DNA of 64,000 nt from Actinomycetota bacterium. Its GTDB lineage: Bacteria; Actinomycetota; UBA4738; HRBIN12. This document shows, one piece after another, positions 31,533 to 41,165 of the stretch. Made by a program: the position numbers and the translations under genes. Below the pieces are notes generated by a model. That model searched no databases. It saw only the letters and a program-made list of their open reading frames with translations, and was not told where the DNA came from. Position 1 is the stretch's first letter. The number at the start of each line of letters is the position of its first letter. The DNA lies in contig DASQWI010000007.1 in NCBI GenBank assembly GCA_035640355.1, positions 10,166 to 74,165 on the forward strand. The letters are read 5' to 3'.

Positions 31533-33206
31533 ATGAGACGACGCATCTTTCCGTTGGTGGCCGCGCTCTCCTTTGTCGCCGTCCTGGCGACGCCCTCGCT
31601 CGCCGCGCCGAACGCCCGCGTGACCATCGACGACCGGGCGGGCAGCTACGTGCGCTACGACGGCGGCACCGACACTACGACGAACGGCTGCAGCACGGGA
31701 CGCCGGCAGCAGAACGAGCCGTCGGTCGCGGTCGACCCCTCGAGCCCGAACGTGGTCGTGGCGGGGGCGAACGACTACTGCTCCGCGATCGTGAACGACG
31801 AGGTCTGGACCGGGTACTACCGTTCGACGGACGGTGGGCGCACGTGGACCAACAGCCTGGTCCCCGGGTACCCGGACGACACGTCGGCCGCAGGTACGGC
31901 CTCGCCCGTGCACGGCAGCTGCGCGGCAGCCGGCGACCCCACACAGTCGTTCGACGCCGACGGGAACCTGTTCTACGCCTTCATCTGCTTCAACCGTTCG
32001 GCGCCTGTCAACGGGTCCGTTTACGTCGCGAAGTACACGAACCACGGCGCCACGTACGACCGGACGGTGCTCGTCAAGAGCGGGACGCCGTCCGGGCTGT
32101 TCCTGACCGGGCTGTTCCAGGACAAGATCAACCTCACGGTCGACCAGACTGCAGGCGCCTATGGCGGGAACGTGTACGTCGCTTGGTCGCAGTACGACGG
32201 CTTCGCGCCGACGAACGCCGTCCTGTTCTCGCGGTCCACGAACGGTGGCCTTTCGTTCTCCCGGCCGATCAGGGTCACGCCGAAGGAGCGGGGGACCGCC
32301 TCGTTCGCGGACCTGGCCGTGGGCCCGGAGGGGACGGTGTGGCTCACGTACCTGACCTATCCATCCTCGAGCCGGCCGACGGCGGACATCTGGCTGCAAC
32401 GCTCTACGAGCGGGGGTGTCTCGTTCGAGGCGCCGATCCACGTCGCCTCGATCGAGCTGTTCGACTCGAACCAGTTCGCCGGCACGACGGGGACGGTCGA
32501 CTGCGGCGACGGGCCGTTCGAGTGCGAAAGCGGACTCACGTTCTCGCGGTTCTTCAGCAACTCGGCGGTCACCGCCGACGAGACCGGCGTGCACGTGGTG
32601 TGGGGCTCCGAGCTGCCGAGTGGCCAGTCGAAGGTCTTCGTGCGCAACTCGCCCGACGGCGGTGACACGTGGGGCGAGGCCGAGACCCTCGACGCGGTGA
32701 CACTGGGCCACCAGTGGTTCCCCGATGTTGCGACGGCGGACGGAACGCTTACGGTGATCTTCTACGACTCGAGGGACGACCCGGCCTACTCGCCGAGTCT
32801 GCCGCCGGGCAACACCGGCAGCGGAATGAACTCGGGTGACGTGGTCCAGGCGATGATCGCCGAGTCGACCGACGGCGGTCACAGCTGGACGGAGTCCGTG
32901 GTGAGCACGTCGGGGAGCAACTTCGGGTGGATGACGCACGGGTCGCGCCGGGTCGGGTTCTGGGGCGATTACCTCTATGTCTCGGCTGTGTCTGGCGCGG
33001 TGAACGTCGTATGGACGGATTCCCGGGACCTCGTGGGAGGCGTCGACCCGCGCGAGGGCGCCGACGTGGAGGGCTTTGACGTCCTCCAGCCCTGCACCTA
33101 TGTGCCGAACGACATCGACGCGCCCTCGTACTCGTCACCGACGATCGACGATCCCTGCCTGAGCAAGGGAGGCCTGGACCAGAATATCTACGGCGCGCGC
33201 GTCTAG
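31533..33206 (+). CDS. BNR/Asp-box repeat secreted protein (paralog of the disrupted gene upstream)
   Basis: Signal peptide (MRRRIFPLVAALSFVAVLATPSLA-AP). Multiple Asp-boxes (STDGGRTW, STNGGLSF, STSGGVSF, SPDGGDTW, STDGGHSW). Confidence 0.75.
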   Translation: MRRRIFPLVAALSFVAVLATPSLAAPNARVTIDDRAGSYVRYDGGTDTTTNGCSTGRRQQNEPSVAVDPSSPNVVVAGANDYCSAIVNDEVWTGYYRSTDGGRTWTNSLVPGYPDDTSAAGTASPVHGSCAAAGDPTQSFDADGNLFYAFICFNRSAPVNGSVYVAKYTNHGATYDRTVLVKSGTPSGLFLTGLFQDKINLTVDQTAGAYGGNVYVAWSQYDGFAPTNAVLFSRSTNGGLSFSRPIRVTPKERGTASFADLAVGPEGTVWLTYLTYPSSSRPTADIWLQRSTSGGVSFEAPIHVASIELFDSNQFAGTTGTVDCGDGPFECESGLTFSRFFSNSAVTADETGVHVVWGSELPSGQSKVFVRNSPDGGDTWGEAETLDAVTLGHQWFPDVATADGTLTVIFYDSRDDPAYSPSLPPGNTGSGMNSGDVVQAMIAESTDGGHSWTESVVSTSGSNFGWMTHGSRRVGFWGDYLYVSAVSGAVNVVWTDSRDLVGGVDPREGADVEGFDVLQPCTYVPNDIDAPSYSSPTIDDPCLSKGGLDQNIYGARV

Positions 33207-33417
33207 AGGCGACGAACGGAGATGCAGTCGTTCGTCGCGCCCCGTCTGCCGAGGCGTCAGGATCACTGGATGATCGCTATTGCTATCTCTCCACGGACCG
33301 CTCAGGGTGCTGCGATCTTTGTTACATGAAAGTCGGCCACGGCAAGAATCGCCACTCCTGGTGGCACTTTGGAGACTTCGGTCCTCCGACACGTCAACCA
33401 GCAGCGGAAACGATAAA

Positions 33418-33446
33418 GCCCCGGAAGCCACCCTTGCCTCCGGGGC
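33418..33446. terminator. 8-bp GC-rich hairpin (gccccgga/tccggggc, 13-nt loop) in a lower-GC intergenic region; weak candidate bidirectional terminator
   Basis: Perfect inverted repeat seen directly, followed by ttctgattg on the plus strand. The U-tract is poor. Confidence 0.3.
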
Positions 33447-33822
33447 TTCTGATTGCGCTGCCACCGTGGTGCCTCGGAGGGCCACGAGACCGTTGGGCCA
33501 GGGACAATAAGGAAAGGGAATCAGTCTGTGCACGTGTCGGAAGTGGATGCCCCACTGGTGTGCAGCGGCGGCTGGCAGGTTCCGCTTTACGCCGAGAGCG
33601 TTGGGTGACAACGAACCCCCTGCCGCGCCGTACGGCGACCGGAGTCGGTGATCTCGAGGTGCCGACACCGTGTGTCCATATGCATCATCGCGGCTCACCG
33701 AATAGGCGCGGACGTTTGCCGACGATGGCAGGGGACCGACGAAAGGCCTAGGGCAGTATTTCTGAGTCGCAGACCATTGTCGGTGTTGCCGCCCTCAGGC
33801 GGGGGACTAGCCTCGATGACAA

Positions 33823-34338
33823 ATGGATGAGAGCTCGAATATCGGGGTAACGGGTTCGCCGACGTCGCCGGCCGGCGGAGCGAGCGAATCAATCACGCCG
33901 ACGACGACGCCCGGAGGCAGGGAGACCGATCCCTACCAGCAGGCTGGATCGGAGATCGTGGAACTCGTACGTGGGTTCGTCGAGGGGGTCGGGACGCACA
34001 TACGCGATGCGCGTTCGGCCGCGGAATCCGCGCGAGCCGATCGGGCCGACGCCGTGCGCATGAGACAAGAGACGATCAAGCGCCGAGCCGAAGCCGAGGC
34101 CGAGGCGGCGCAGATCGTGGACGCCGCACGCGCCGACGCCGACCGAACGCGCGCGGAAGCACTAGCTGAGGCGGCCGAAATCAGGCGCGTCTTCGGCACG
34201 GCCGTTGCCGGGCTCGAGCGCGCACAGGAGAAACTTGCTGAGGTGATCGACCGACTGGGTGTAAACGTCGGTCAGCGAACGACAGAAACCTTCGTCGTCA
34301 TCCCGGACGCTCCCGACAAGGCCGCGACAGAGTCATAG
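33823..34338 (+). CDS. Hypothetical protein with a Pro/Thr-rich N-terminus and an Ala/Glu/Arg-rich coiled-coil (DivIVA / ATP-synthase-b-like helical region)
   Basis: 171 aa ORF. Coiled-coil-type composition (RRAEAEAEAAQIVDAARADADRTRAEALAEAAEIRR). No confident family assignment. Confidence 0.45.
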   Translation: MDESSNIGVTGSPTSPAGGASESITPTTTPGGRETDPYQQAGSEIVELVRGFVEGVGTHIRDARSAAESARADRADAVRMRQETIKRRAEAEAEAAQIVDAARADADRTRAEALAEAAEIRRVFGTAVAGLERAQEKLAEVIDRLGVNVGQRTTETFVVIPDAPDKAATES

Positions 34339-34546
34339 CCCGCAAGTCGTTAGTCCGTTCGGTCGTGGTCGTTTGCTTGCCAGCGCGGACTCGTCCGGTG
34401 CGGTGAGACTGGGATTCGAGGCGCAGGCGTTTGTAAAGCTCCGCCGACCGCTAGGTTCTCAGGACAGCCACCGTGCGGTGCGGGTCTCGGTGATTCACAA
34501 CGCGTCCGGTACCGAGCCCGTGTCAAACGCGAGTCAGATTTCGACC

Positions 34547-34690
34547 ATGCCGTCCGGTCGTAAATCCTCCCCTCGAACAGACAACATCGCCGCGAACATC
34601 AAGGCCGTCAACCGGTATGTCTCGGCCGAGATCGACGCGAGCGCGGATGAGCTCGCCGCGCAGATCAAGGCGGCCGAGTCTGACAGATGA
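34547..34690 (+). CDS. Possible small protein (about 47 aa)
   Basis: The C-terminal part of track ORF 34373..34690 (MPSGRKSSPRTDNIAANIKAVNRYVSAEIDASADELAAQIKAAESDR) looks protein-like. Very tentative. Confidence 0.25.
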   Translation: MPSGRKSSPRTDNIAANIKAVNRYVSAEIDASADELAAQIKAAESDR

Positions 34691-34775
34691 GCGCCGGGTA
34701 GGAGTCCGCGAGTCCCAACCCTCGGGGGGTCACGAGGGCGCTGAGCGCCTGCGTCCGAGGGGGAGCCGACGCTGC

Positions 34776-35558
34776 TCACGTCGGAAGCTGCTGGCACCTC
34801 GGGCAGAAGTACGTCGTCCTGCCGCCGACGACGATTCGTGCCAGTTCGGTTCGACAACGAGGACATCGCGCCATGGGCCGTCCGCGAGCGACGGTCCAGC
34901 GGGTCTCGTAACCCTCCGGGTATCTATCGACCGTCCGCGCGATCACCGTCTGGAGCGCCCGATGTAGACGCGACCGCTCCTCTTTCGACAGCTGCGGGAT
35001 CGGCCGAAGCGGATGGATGCGTGCCTGCCACAGGATCTCGTCGGCGAGGAGGTTTCCGACGCCGGCGATGTACGTCTGATCCATGAGCGCGGCCTTGATC
35101 CCGCCACGTCGTCGTTCGAGCAGCTCCATGAATCCGCGTCGGTCGATGCTCGCTGCGTCCGGACCGAGCTGTCCGAGCAGCGCATCGACGTCCGCCGCGT
35201 CCCGCGCGAGCCACAGACCGCCGAGCTTTCGCATGTTCCGATACCGGATTTCCCCACGATCGAGGACGAAGATCACGCGATCGTGCCGATGCCGGCCGTC
35301 GGCGCTTCCGGCCCACTCGATGTCTCCGGTCATCCCGAAGTGGATCAGCGGGCTCGGGCCATCGGTCCACGCGATGAGCCACTTCCCCCGGCGCTCGGGT
35401 TCGTCGAACCGCCGGCCGTGGAGCGCATCGTTCAGCTCGTGGGCCGTCACGTTTCGGAGGATCCCCGGGTCGGTCACCACGACCTCGCCGATCGTCCGGC
35501 CGATGGCATGCCGAGCGAACCGCCGTCGAAACGCCTCGACGTCCGGTAGCTCGGGCAT
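34776..35558 (-). CDS. Fpg/Nei-family DNA glycosylase (formamidopyrimidine / endonuclease VIII-like)
   Basis: Starts MPELPDVEAF, where Pro2 is the catalytic nucleophile. Has an H2TH region and a C-terminal zinc finger (CPRCRTELARIVVGGRTTYFCPRCQ). The track ORF carries a 35-codon N-terminal extension. Start coordinate is approximate. Confidence 0.85.
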   Translation of the reverse strand: MPELPDVEAFRRRFARHAIGRTIGEVVVTDPGILRNVTAHELNDALHGRRFDEPERRGKWLIAWTDGPSPLIHFGMTGDIEWAGSADGRHRHDRVIFVLDRGEIRYRNMRKLGGLWLARDAADVDALLGQLGPDAASIDRRGFMELLERRRGGIKAALMDQTYIAGVGNLLADEILWQARIHPLRPIPQLSKEERSRLHRALQTVIARTVDRYPEGYETRWTVARGRPMARCPRCRTELARIVVGGRTTYFCPRCQQLPT

Positions 35559-35619
35559 CTCGGCATCTTGCACGTACGCTCCGCGTGATGTCTCATCCCC
35601 GGGACGAAGGAGGCGACGC

Positions 35620-36015
35620 GTGAAGGATCGAGGCATCCTCCATCCCCGCTTGGCGCGGGTCATTGCGTCGATGGGTCATGGCGACGCGCTCTGCATAACC
35701 GATGCCGGCCTGCCCATCCCGACCGGCGTTCTCCGGATCGACCTGGCGTTTGCACCGGGTCAGCCGGCGTTCCTGGACGTTGTCGACGCCGTGCTCTCCG
35801 AGCTCCGCGTCGAGCGCTACACGATGGCCAAGGAGTCGAGTCCCCACATCGTCGACGCCCTCCGCATGCGGCTTCGTACCGCCGCGGAGTCATCGGTGTC
35901 CCACCAGGAACTGAAAGAGATCACCGCTGAGGCCAAGGCGGTCGTCCGTACCGGCGAGTTCTCCCCATACGCCAACGTCATTCTGTACAGCGGCGTCGAC
36001 TTCACGCCCGAGTAG
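35620..36015 (+). CDS. RbsD/FucU-family sugar mutarotase (D-ribose pyranase-like)
   Basis: The GTG at 35620 has a GAAGGAGG RBS. HPRLARVIASMGHGDALCITDAGLPIP matches the RbsD/FucU signature. The track ORF 35083..36015 is a long out-of-context extension. Confidence 0.8.
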   Translation: MKDRGILHPRLARVIASMGHGDALCITDAGLPIPTGVLRIDLAFAPGQPAFLDVVDAVLSELRVERYTMAKESSPHIVDALRMRLRTAAESSVSHQELKEITAEAKAVVRTGEFSPYANVILYSGVDFTPE

Positions 36016-36018
36016 CCA

Positions 36019-36753
36019 TCAACGCGAGTGCGCCGCGAACGTGGTGTACAGGCGTTCCGCGCGCTCGCGGAGACGTGACACCGACGGCGCTCGGTACCGC
36101 TCGAGCAGCTCAGCCTTCCGCGACTCCTTTTCTTCAGTCGGGCGCCCACGTCCGAGCTCCATCTGTCCACCTCGCCGGTAGGTGTTCGCGTCCCACCGGT
36201 CCATCTCCTCGCGGACGGCGGCGAGATTTGCCTCGGTCGGCTCGAACGGCACGAAGCTGGTGCCGAAGCGCTCGTTCACCCGACGGATCACGCGATCGAG
36301 GTCGGACGTCACGTCCTCGAAGCGGCCGACGACGAACCCGTCGCGGTAGGGGAGCAGCGGCCGGTAGAAGCGCGCGTACCCTCGCAATGCCTGGCCGATC
36401 GTGAGCTCGGGCCACCGGACCACGTACGAGAGCACCGACTGCTCGGGCGGCCGGATCAGCACGAGGGTCGGCGTTCGCATTCCGACGGCGGCGATGACCG
36501 CGCCGGCGGCGTGAACGTGGTGGGCGATGCTCACGGGCTCGGGCTGCACGTGCTGAAACGCGATCACGGTGAACGTGTTGCCCGCCCTGAGGAACCCTTC
36601 GATGCAGAGCTCCGTGGCCTCGGTTGGGAACTCGCCGGTGGTGAAACGGCTGGCGACGGCGGGCCACCTGCCGGCGAACGTTCGGACTTCGCGTCGCGCC
36701 CGATGCCACAGCGTTCGTCCGTCCGGGAGGTGAAGCATCCGGGCATTGTGCAC
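36019..36753 (-). CDS. Hypothetical protein, possibly sulfotransferase-family
   Basis: 244 aa ORF with coding-like composition. Weak resemblance to Stf0-type sulfotransferases (RPPEQSVLSY, RWD). The assignment is uncertain. Confidence 0.4.
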   Translation of the reverse strand: MHNARMLHLPDGRTLWHRARREVRTFAGRWPAVASRFTTGEFPTEATELCIEGFLRAGNTFTVIAFQHVQPEPVSIAHHVHAAGAVIAAVGMRTPTLVLIRPPEQSVLSYVVRWPELTIGQALRGYARFYRPLLPYRDGFVVGRFEDVTSDLDRVIRRVNERFGTSFVPFEPTEANLAAVREEMDRWDANTYRRGGQMELGRGRPTEEKESRKAELLERYRAPSVSRLRERAERLYTTFAAHSR

Positions 36754-36776
36754 GGACCGGCGACGCTCGACGCCGA

Positions 36777-38414
36777 GTGGCTAGAGTCCACCGGACTCGC
36801 GACGGAGGGGATTACGACGTGAGCGACCGGGACGGCTGGGTGCCTGAGAGTCCCACGTGGTGGCAGCGGGGCATCGTGTACCAGATCTATCCGCGCAGCT
36901 TCTCCGACTCGAACGGTGACGGCGTCGGCGATCTGGCCGGCATCGCCGAGCGGGCCGAGTACCTGCAGTGGCTCGGCGTCGATGCGGTGTGGCTCTCGCC
37001 GATCTACCCCTCGCCGGACGCGGACCTCGGCTACGACATCTCGAACTACGTCGACGTCCATCCCGCGTTCGGCACGCTCGACGACTTCGATCGGCTCGTC
37101 GCTGCGCTGCACAAACACGACGTTCGGCTCGTTCTGGATCTCGTCCCCAACCACACCTCCGACAAGCACCCGTGGTTCGTCGAGAGCCGCGATCCGAGCA
37201 GCCCCAGGCACGACTGGTACGTCTGGCGCGACGGACTGCCGGGCGGCGGCCCTCCGAACAACTGGGTCAGCTACTTCGGGAAGCCAGCGTGGGACTACCT
37301 CGAACCGCCGGGCCAGTGGTACCTGCACTCGTTCGATCCAGGGCAACCCGACCTGAACTGGAACAACCCCGAGGTGCCGGCGGCGATCCACGACGCCATG
37401 CGTTTCTGGCTCGACCGGGGCGTCGACGGGTTCCGCGTCGACGTGCTGTGGCTGCTCGGCAAGGACCCGGAGCTTCGGGACAACCCGCTCGACCCCGACT
37501 GGCACGACGGGTTACCGGCGCGGTTGCAGCTGGTGCGGCGGTACTCCGAGGACGGGCCCGATGCCCACGCGCGGGCTCGGTCGCTCCGATCGGTGGTGGA
37601 TGAGTACCCGGAGCGCGTGATGATCGGCGAGGTCGTTCTCCCGCCCGAACGCGCCGTCACGTACCACGGCGAGAATCTCGACGAAGCGCACATCCCGCAC
37701 AACTTCACGTTGACCGAGCTCCGCGAGTGGTCGGCGGACGAGGTGCGTTCGGCGGTCGATGCGTACGACGCGCTCGTGCCACCCGGCGCGTGGCCGAACT
37801 GGCTCCTCGGCGATCACGATTTCTCACGGATCGCGACGCGCGTCGGTCCGGACCTGTTGCGCGTGACGCACATGCTGCTGCTCACGCTGCGCGGAACGCC
37901 GACCTGGTACTACGGCGACGAGCTCGGCATGCGGAACGCGGTCGTTCCGGCCGGACATCCGCTCGCCGATCCGCAGGCGTTCGGCGCGCCAGGGCTCGAC
38001 AGGCTCCCCGCGCGTTCGCCGATGCAGTGGTCGTCCGGCCCGAACGCAGGCTTCTCGATCGCCGAGCCGTGGGTACCGATCGCGTCGAACGATCCCGCCC
38101 TCACGGTGGAAGGGCAGCGGGACGATCCGGCGAGCACGCTGAGTCTGTTCCGTTCGCTCGTCCGGCTGCGTAGGGAAACGCCGGCGCTCGCCGTCGGTGC
38201 GTACCGCTCGCTGGAGGCGCCGACGGGGGTCTTCTCCTACGAACGAACGCACCACCACGGTACGGCCGTGCAGATCCACCTGAACTTCGGCGACGAACAC
38301 CGCGAGATCGAACCGCCGGCGGGCGCCGAGGTCCTCCTCTCGACCATCCCGGGCGTCGGTGCGGTCGCGACGAGGCTCCGCCCCTACGAAGGTGTCATCG
38401 TGAGCGCGTCGTGA
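36777..38414 (+). CDS. GH13 alpha-glucosidase / oligo-1,6-glucosidase-like (alpha-amylase family)
   Basis: WWQRGIVYQIYPRSFSDSNGDGVGDLAGI...DAVWLSPIYPSP...GFRVDV catalytic-region motifs of the GH13 oligo-1,6-glucosidase / trehalose synthase subfamily. Confidence 0.85.
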   Translation: MARVHRTRDGGDYDVSDRDGWVPESPTWWQRGIVYQIYPRSFSDSNGDGVGDLAGIAERAEYLQWLGVDAVWLSPIYPSPDADLGYDISNYVDVHPAFGTLDDFDRLVAALHKHDVRLVLDLVPNHTSDKHPWFVESRDPSSPRHDWYVWRDGLPGGGPPNNWVSYFGKPAWDYLEPPGQWYLHSFDPGQPDLNWNNPEVPAAIHDAMRFWLDRGVDGFRVDVLWLLGKDPELRDNPLDPDWHDGLPARLQLVRRYSEDGPDAHARARSLRSVVDEYPERVMIGEVVLPPERAVTYHGENLDEAHIPHNFTLTELREWSADEVRSAVDAYDALVPPGAWPNWLLGDHDFSRIATRVGPDLLRVTHMLLLTLRGTPTWYYGDELGMRNAVVPAGHPLADPQAFGAPGLDRLPARSPMQWSSGPNAGFSIAEPWVPIASNDPALTVEGQRDDPASTLSLFRSLVRLRRETPALAVGAYRSLEAPTGVFSYERTHHHGTAVQIHLNFGDEHREIEPPAGAEVLLSTIPGVGAVATRLRPYEGVIVSAS

Positions 38415-38426
38415 AGGGCATCGGGA

Positions 38427-39104
38427 TCACCTGATGCCGACCTCGTCGAGGTGCGCCAGCAGATCGGCGGTGTCCTCGTACACGCGGTACGCGCCGGCGC
38501 GCTCGAGCTCCTCGCGCCCGTACCCGCCGGACAAGACCCCGACGCCCAGGGCGCGCGCACGCCGAGCGGCCAGGAGATCCCAGATACTGTCGCCCACCAC
38601 GACGCAGTCCTCGACCGCGATGACGAGCTTCTCCGCCGCGGTGAGGAACAGATCGGGATCGGGCTTGGCCCTGGGGACGAGTTCGCGTGTGACAACCGGA
38701 ACGTCGTCGGGGACGTTGAGGAGCTCGATCGCCGGGCCTGCCGATTCCCGGTAGCCGCTCGTCGCGATGGCCCAAGGGGTGCCGCCGTCCGTCAGTGCCC
38801 GAAGCAGCTCGAGCGCCCCCGGCAGCGGTCTGACCTGCGAGCCGCGGCGGGCGTAGGCCTCGGCGTGGAGCCGCCGGAGCAGGGCTGCGTCCTCGGCGGT
38901 CACCTCCCGACCGGTCTCGCGAAGGAGGGCGTTCGCGAACAATCCGCCTGACATGCCGACCTTTCGGTGGATCCGCCACACCGACAGCTCGATCCCGGCC
39001 GCCTCGAGCGCCTCGCGCCACGCGAGGACGTGTTGGTAGACGCTGTCCACGAGCGTTCCGTCCAGGTCGAACAGGAACGCCTGCTGCCGGTCCACGCCGC
39101 GCAT
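38427..39104 (-). CDS. HAD-superfamily hydrolase, subfamily IA (beta-phosphoglucomutase-like)
   Basis: FLFDLDGTLVDS motif I, and downstream HAD motifs (GIATSG, GDSIWD). The start is taken at the second Met. Confidence 0.75.
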   Translation of the reverse strand: MRGVDRQQAFLFDLDGTLVDSVYQHVLAWREALEAAGIELSVWRIHRKVGMSGGLFANALLRETGREVTAEDAALLRRLHAEAYARRGSQVRPLPGALELLRALTDGGTPWAIATSGYRESAGPAIELLNVPDDVPVVTRELVPRAKPDPDLFLTAAEKLVIAVEDCVVVGDSIWDLLAARRARALGVGVLSGGYGREELERAGAYRVYEDTADLLAHLDEVGIR

Positions 39105-39370
39105 CCTAAAGGTGGTTGGGCGCTCGGCCGACTGGGTATCGAGCACACGATGCAGCCGAACCAGTCACGTCGCCGCGACGACCCGATCGTTCGCGAAGCC
39201 ATCGCGAGCGGCGTCCTGCTGCTGGCGACGGTCGGTCTGCTCGTGCTCGGCTTCATCGGTCAAGCCGCCCTGTTCTGATCGATTACCTCCGCGCGAATAC
39301 CCACGCTCGGTGGCGCGCGAGGCACCGACGCTTCGCCGTATGCTCTCGCGCGTCTCGAGAGGGGAAACGC

Positions 39371-41047
39371 GTGACGGGTCGAGCGACGTTCGCGCTCGTC
39401 AACGGTGCGGTGCACACGGTCGATCCGAGGCGACCGCGCGCGCAGGCCGTCGCCGTGGCGGACGGGAAGATCGCCGCGATCGGCACCGACGACGACGTGC
39501 GCGAGGTCATCACGTCCGGTACCGAGGTCCTCGACCTGAAGGGCCGGACGGTGCTCCCCGGCTTTCAGGACGCGCACGTGCACCCCCCGAGCGGTGGTCT
39601 GGAGATGTTGCGCTGCAACCTGTCCGACGCGTACTCGATCCCGGAGTACGAGCGCATCATCGCCACGTACGCGGCCGAGCATCCCGAGGTCGAATGGATC
39701 CTCGGCGGCGGCTGGTCCATGGACGTGTTCCCGCGAGGTAACCCGCCGAAGGACGTCCTCGACCGACTGATTCCGGATCGGCCCGTGATGCTTCCGAGCC
39801 GCGACGGCCACAGCGTGTGGGTCAACTCCAGGACGCTGGAGATCGCCGGCATCACGAAGGACACGCCGGATCCGGTCGACGGCGTGATCGTCCGCGACGA
39901 CGGCGGCGAGCCGTGGGGGACACTCCACGAGGGCGCCGTGTTCCTCGCGGAGAAGTTCGCGCCGGCGGAGACGACCGAGGACTGGATCGCCGGGCTCCGC
40001 GTCGCGCAAGGCTATCTCCACTCGCTCGGCATCACGGCGTGGCAGGACGCGATCGTCGGCGTCAACGAGGTGTACCGGACGTTGGACGCGTACCTCCGGT
40101 TCGCAGGAGCGGATGAGCTCACCGCAAGGGTGGTCGGTGCGCTGTGGTGGGACCGGTACCGAGGCGAGGAGCAGATCGACGAACTCCTCGAGGCGCGCGA
40201 ACGCGGCCGCGAGGGCCGGTTCGCGGCGACGAGCGTGAAGATCATGCAGGACGGCGTGATCGAGAACTTCACCGCGGGGGTGCTCGAGCCGTACCTCGAC
40301 GAGAGCGGGAAGCCGACCGACAACCGCGGGAAGTCGTTCGTCGAACCCGAAGCGTTGAAACGCTACGTGTCGCGGCTCGACGCCGAGGGGTTCCAGGTCC
40401 ACTTCCACGCGATCGGGGAGCGCGCCGTTCGAGAGTCACTCGACGCGGTCGAGGCCGCTCGGAACGCGAACGGGATGAACGACCACCGCCACCACATCGC
40501 GCACATCCAGATCATCCACCCCGACGACATCCCGCGGTTCGCCCAGCTCGGCGTCGCCGCGAACATGCAGCCGCTGTGGGCGCAGAACGAACCGCAGATG
40601 CTCAACCTGACGATCCCGTTCCTCGGCGAGGTGCGCTCGAGCTGGCAATATCCGTTCGGCTCGCTGATCCGGTCCGGGGCGACGCTCGTCGCCGGGAGCG
40701 ACTGGTCGGTCTCGAGCGCCAACCCGATCGAGGAGATCCACGTCGCGGTGAACAGGAAGGGTTTCGGCGGTCAGACATACGCCCCGGAAGGCGACTGGAC
40801 GAGGGTGCCGTTCATCCCCGGCGAGGCGGTGGATCTCGAGACGGCCATCCGCGCGTTCACGTTGGGATCGGCGTTCGTGAACCATCTCGACGACGTCACC
40901 GGGTCGCTCGAGCCTGGCAAGTACGCGGACCTGATCGTGCTGGACCGCGACCTGTTCTCCATCCCCGCGGACGAGATCCACGCGGCGCGGGTGGTGCTGA
41001 CGCTCGTCGAGGGCGAGCGCGTCTTCGCGTCACCCGACCTTTCCTGA
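39371..41047 (+). CDS. Amidohydrolase family 3 (YtcJ-like) metal-dependent hydrolase
   Basis: The GTG at 39371 begins VTGRATFALVNGAVHTVD...VLPGFQDAHVHP. It also carries the C-terminal HAIGERAV and AGSDW motifs of Amidohydro_3. The track ORF is extended to 39116. Confidence 0.8.
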   Translation: MTGRATFALVNGAVHTVDPRRPRAQAVAVADGKIAAIGTDDDVREVITSGTEVLDLKGRTVLPGFQDAHVHPPSGGLEMLRCNLSDAYSIPEYERIIATYAAEHPEVEWILGGGWSMDVFPRGNPPKDVLDRLIPDRPVMLPSRDGHSVWVNSRTLEIAGITKDTPDPVDGVIVRDDGGEPWGTLHEGAVFLAEKFAPAETTEDWIAGLRVAQGYLHSLGITAWQDAIVGVNEVYRTLDAYLRFAGADELTARVVGALWWDRYRGEEQIDELLEARERGREGRFAATSVKIMQDGVIENFTAGVLEPYLDESGKPTDNRGKSFVEPEALKRYVSRLDAEGFQVHFHAIGERAVRESLDAVEAARNANGMNDHRHHIAHIQIIHPDDIPRFAQLGVAANMQPLWAQNEPQMLNLTIPFLGEVRSSWQYPFGSLIRSGATLVAGSDWSVSSANPIEEIHVAVNRKGFGGQTYAPEGDWTRVPFIPGEAVDLETAIRAFTLGSAFVNHLDDVTGSLEPGKYADLIVLDRDLFSIPADEIHAARVVLTLVEGERVFASPDLS

Positions 41048-41165
41048 CCTGTGGTCAGCGTCGTCGTTGCGGCGCACGACGCCCCGCCGCCACGATGACC
41101 GCATCGCGCGACGTCGGCCGTCAACGGCTGCTCGCCGCCGGCCCGAACAGACGAGGAGGCCATCC

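Noticed and set aside
29461-33822. Possible integrated genomic island at tRNA-Leu
   Set aside because: No integrase, excisionase, transposase or repeat of the tRNA 3' end could be found in the window. Only compositional drift and a pseudogene support it, so it is reported as an observation rather than a mobile_element feature.
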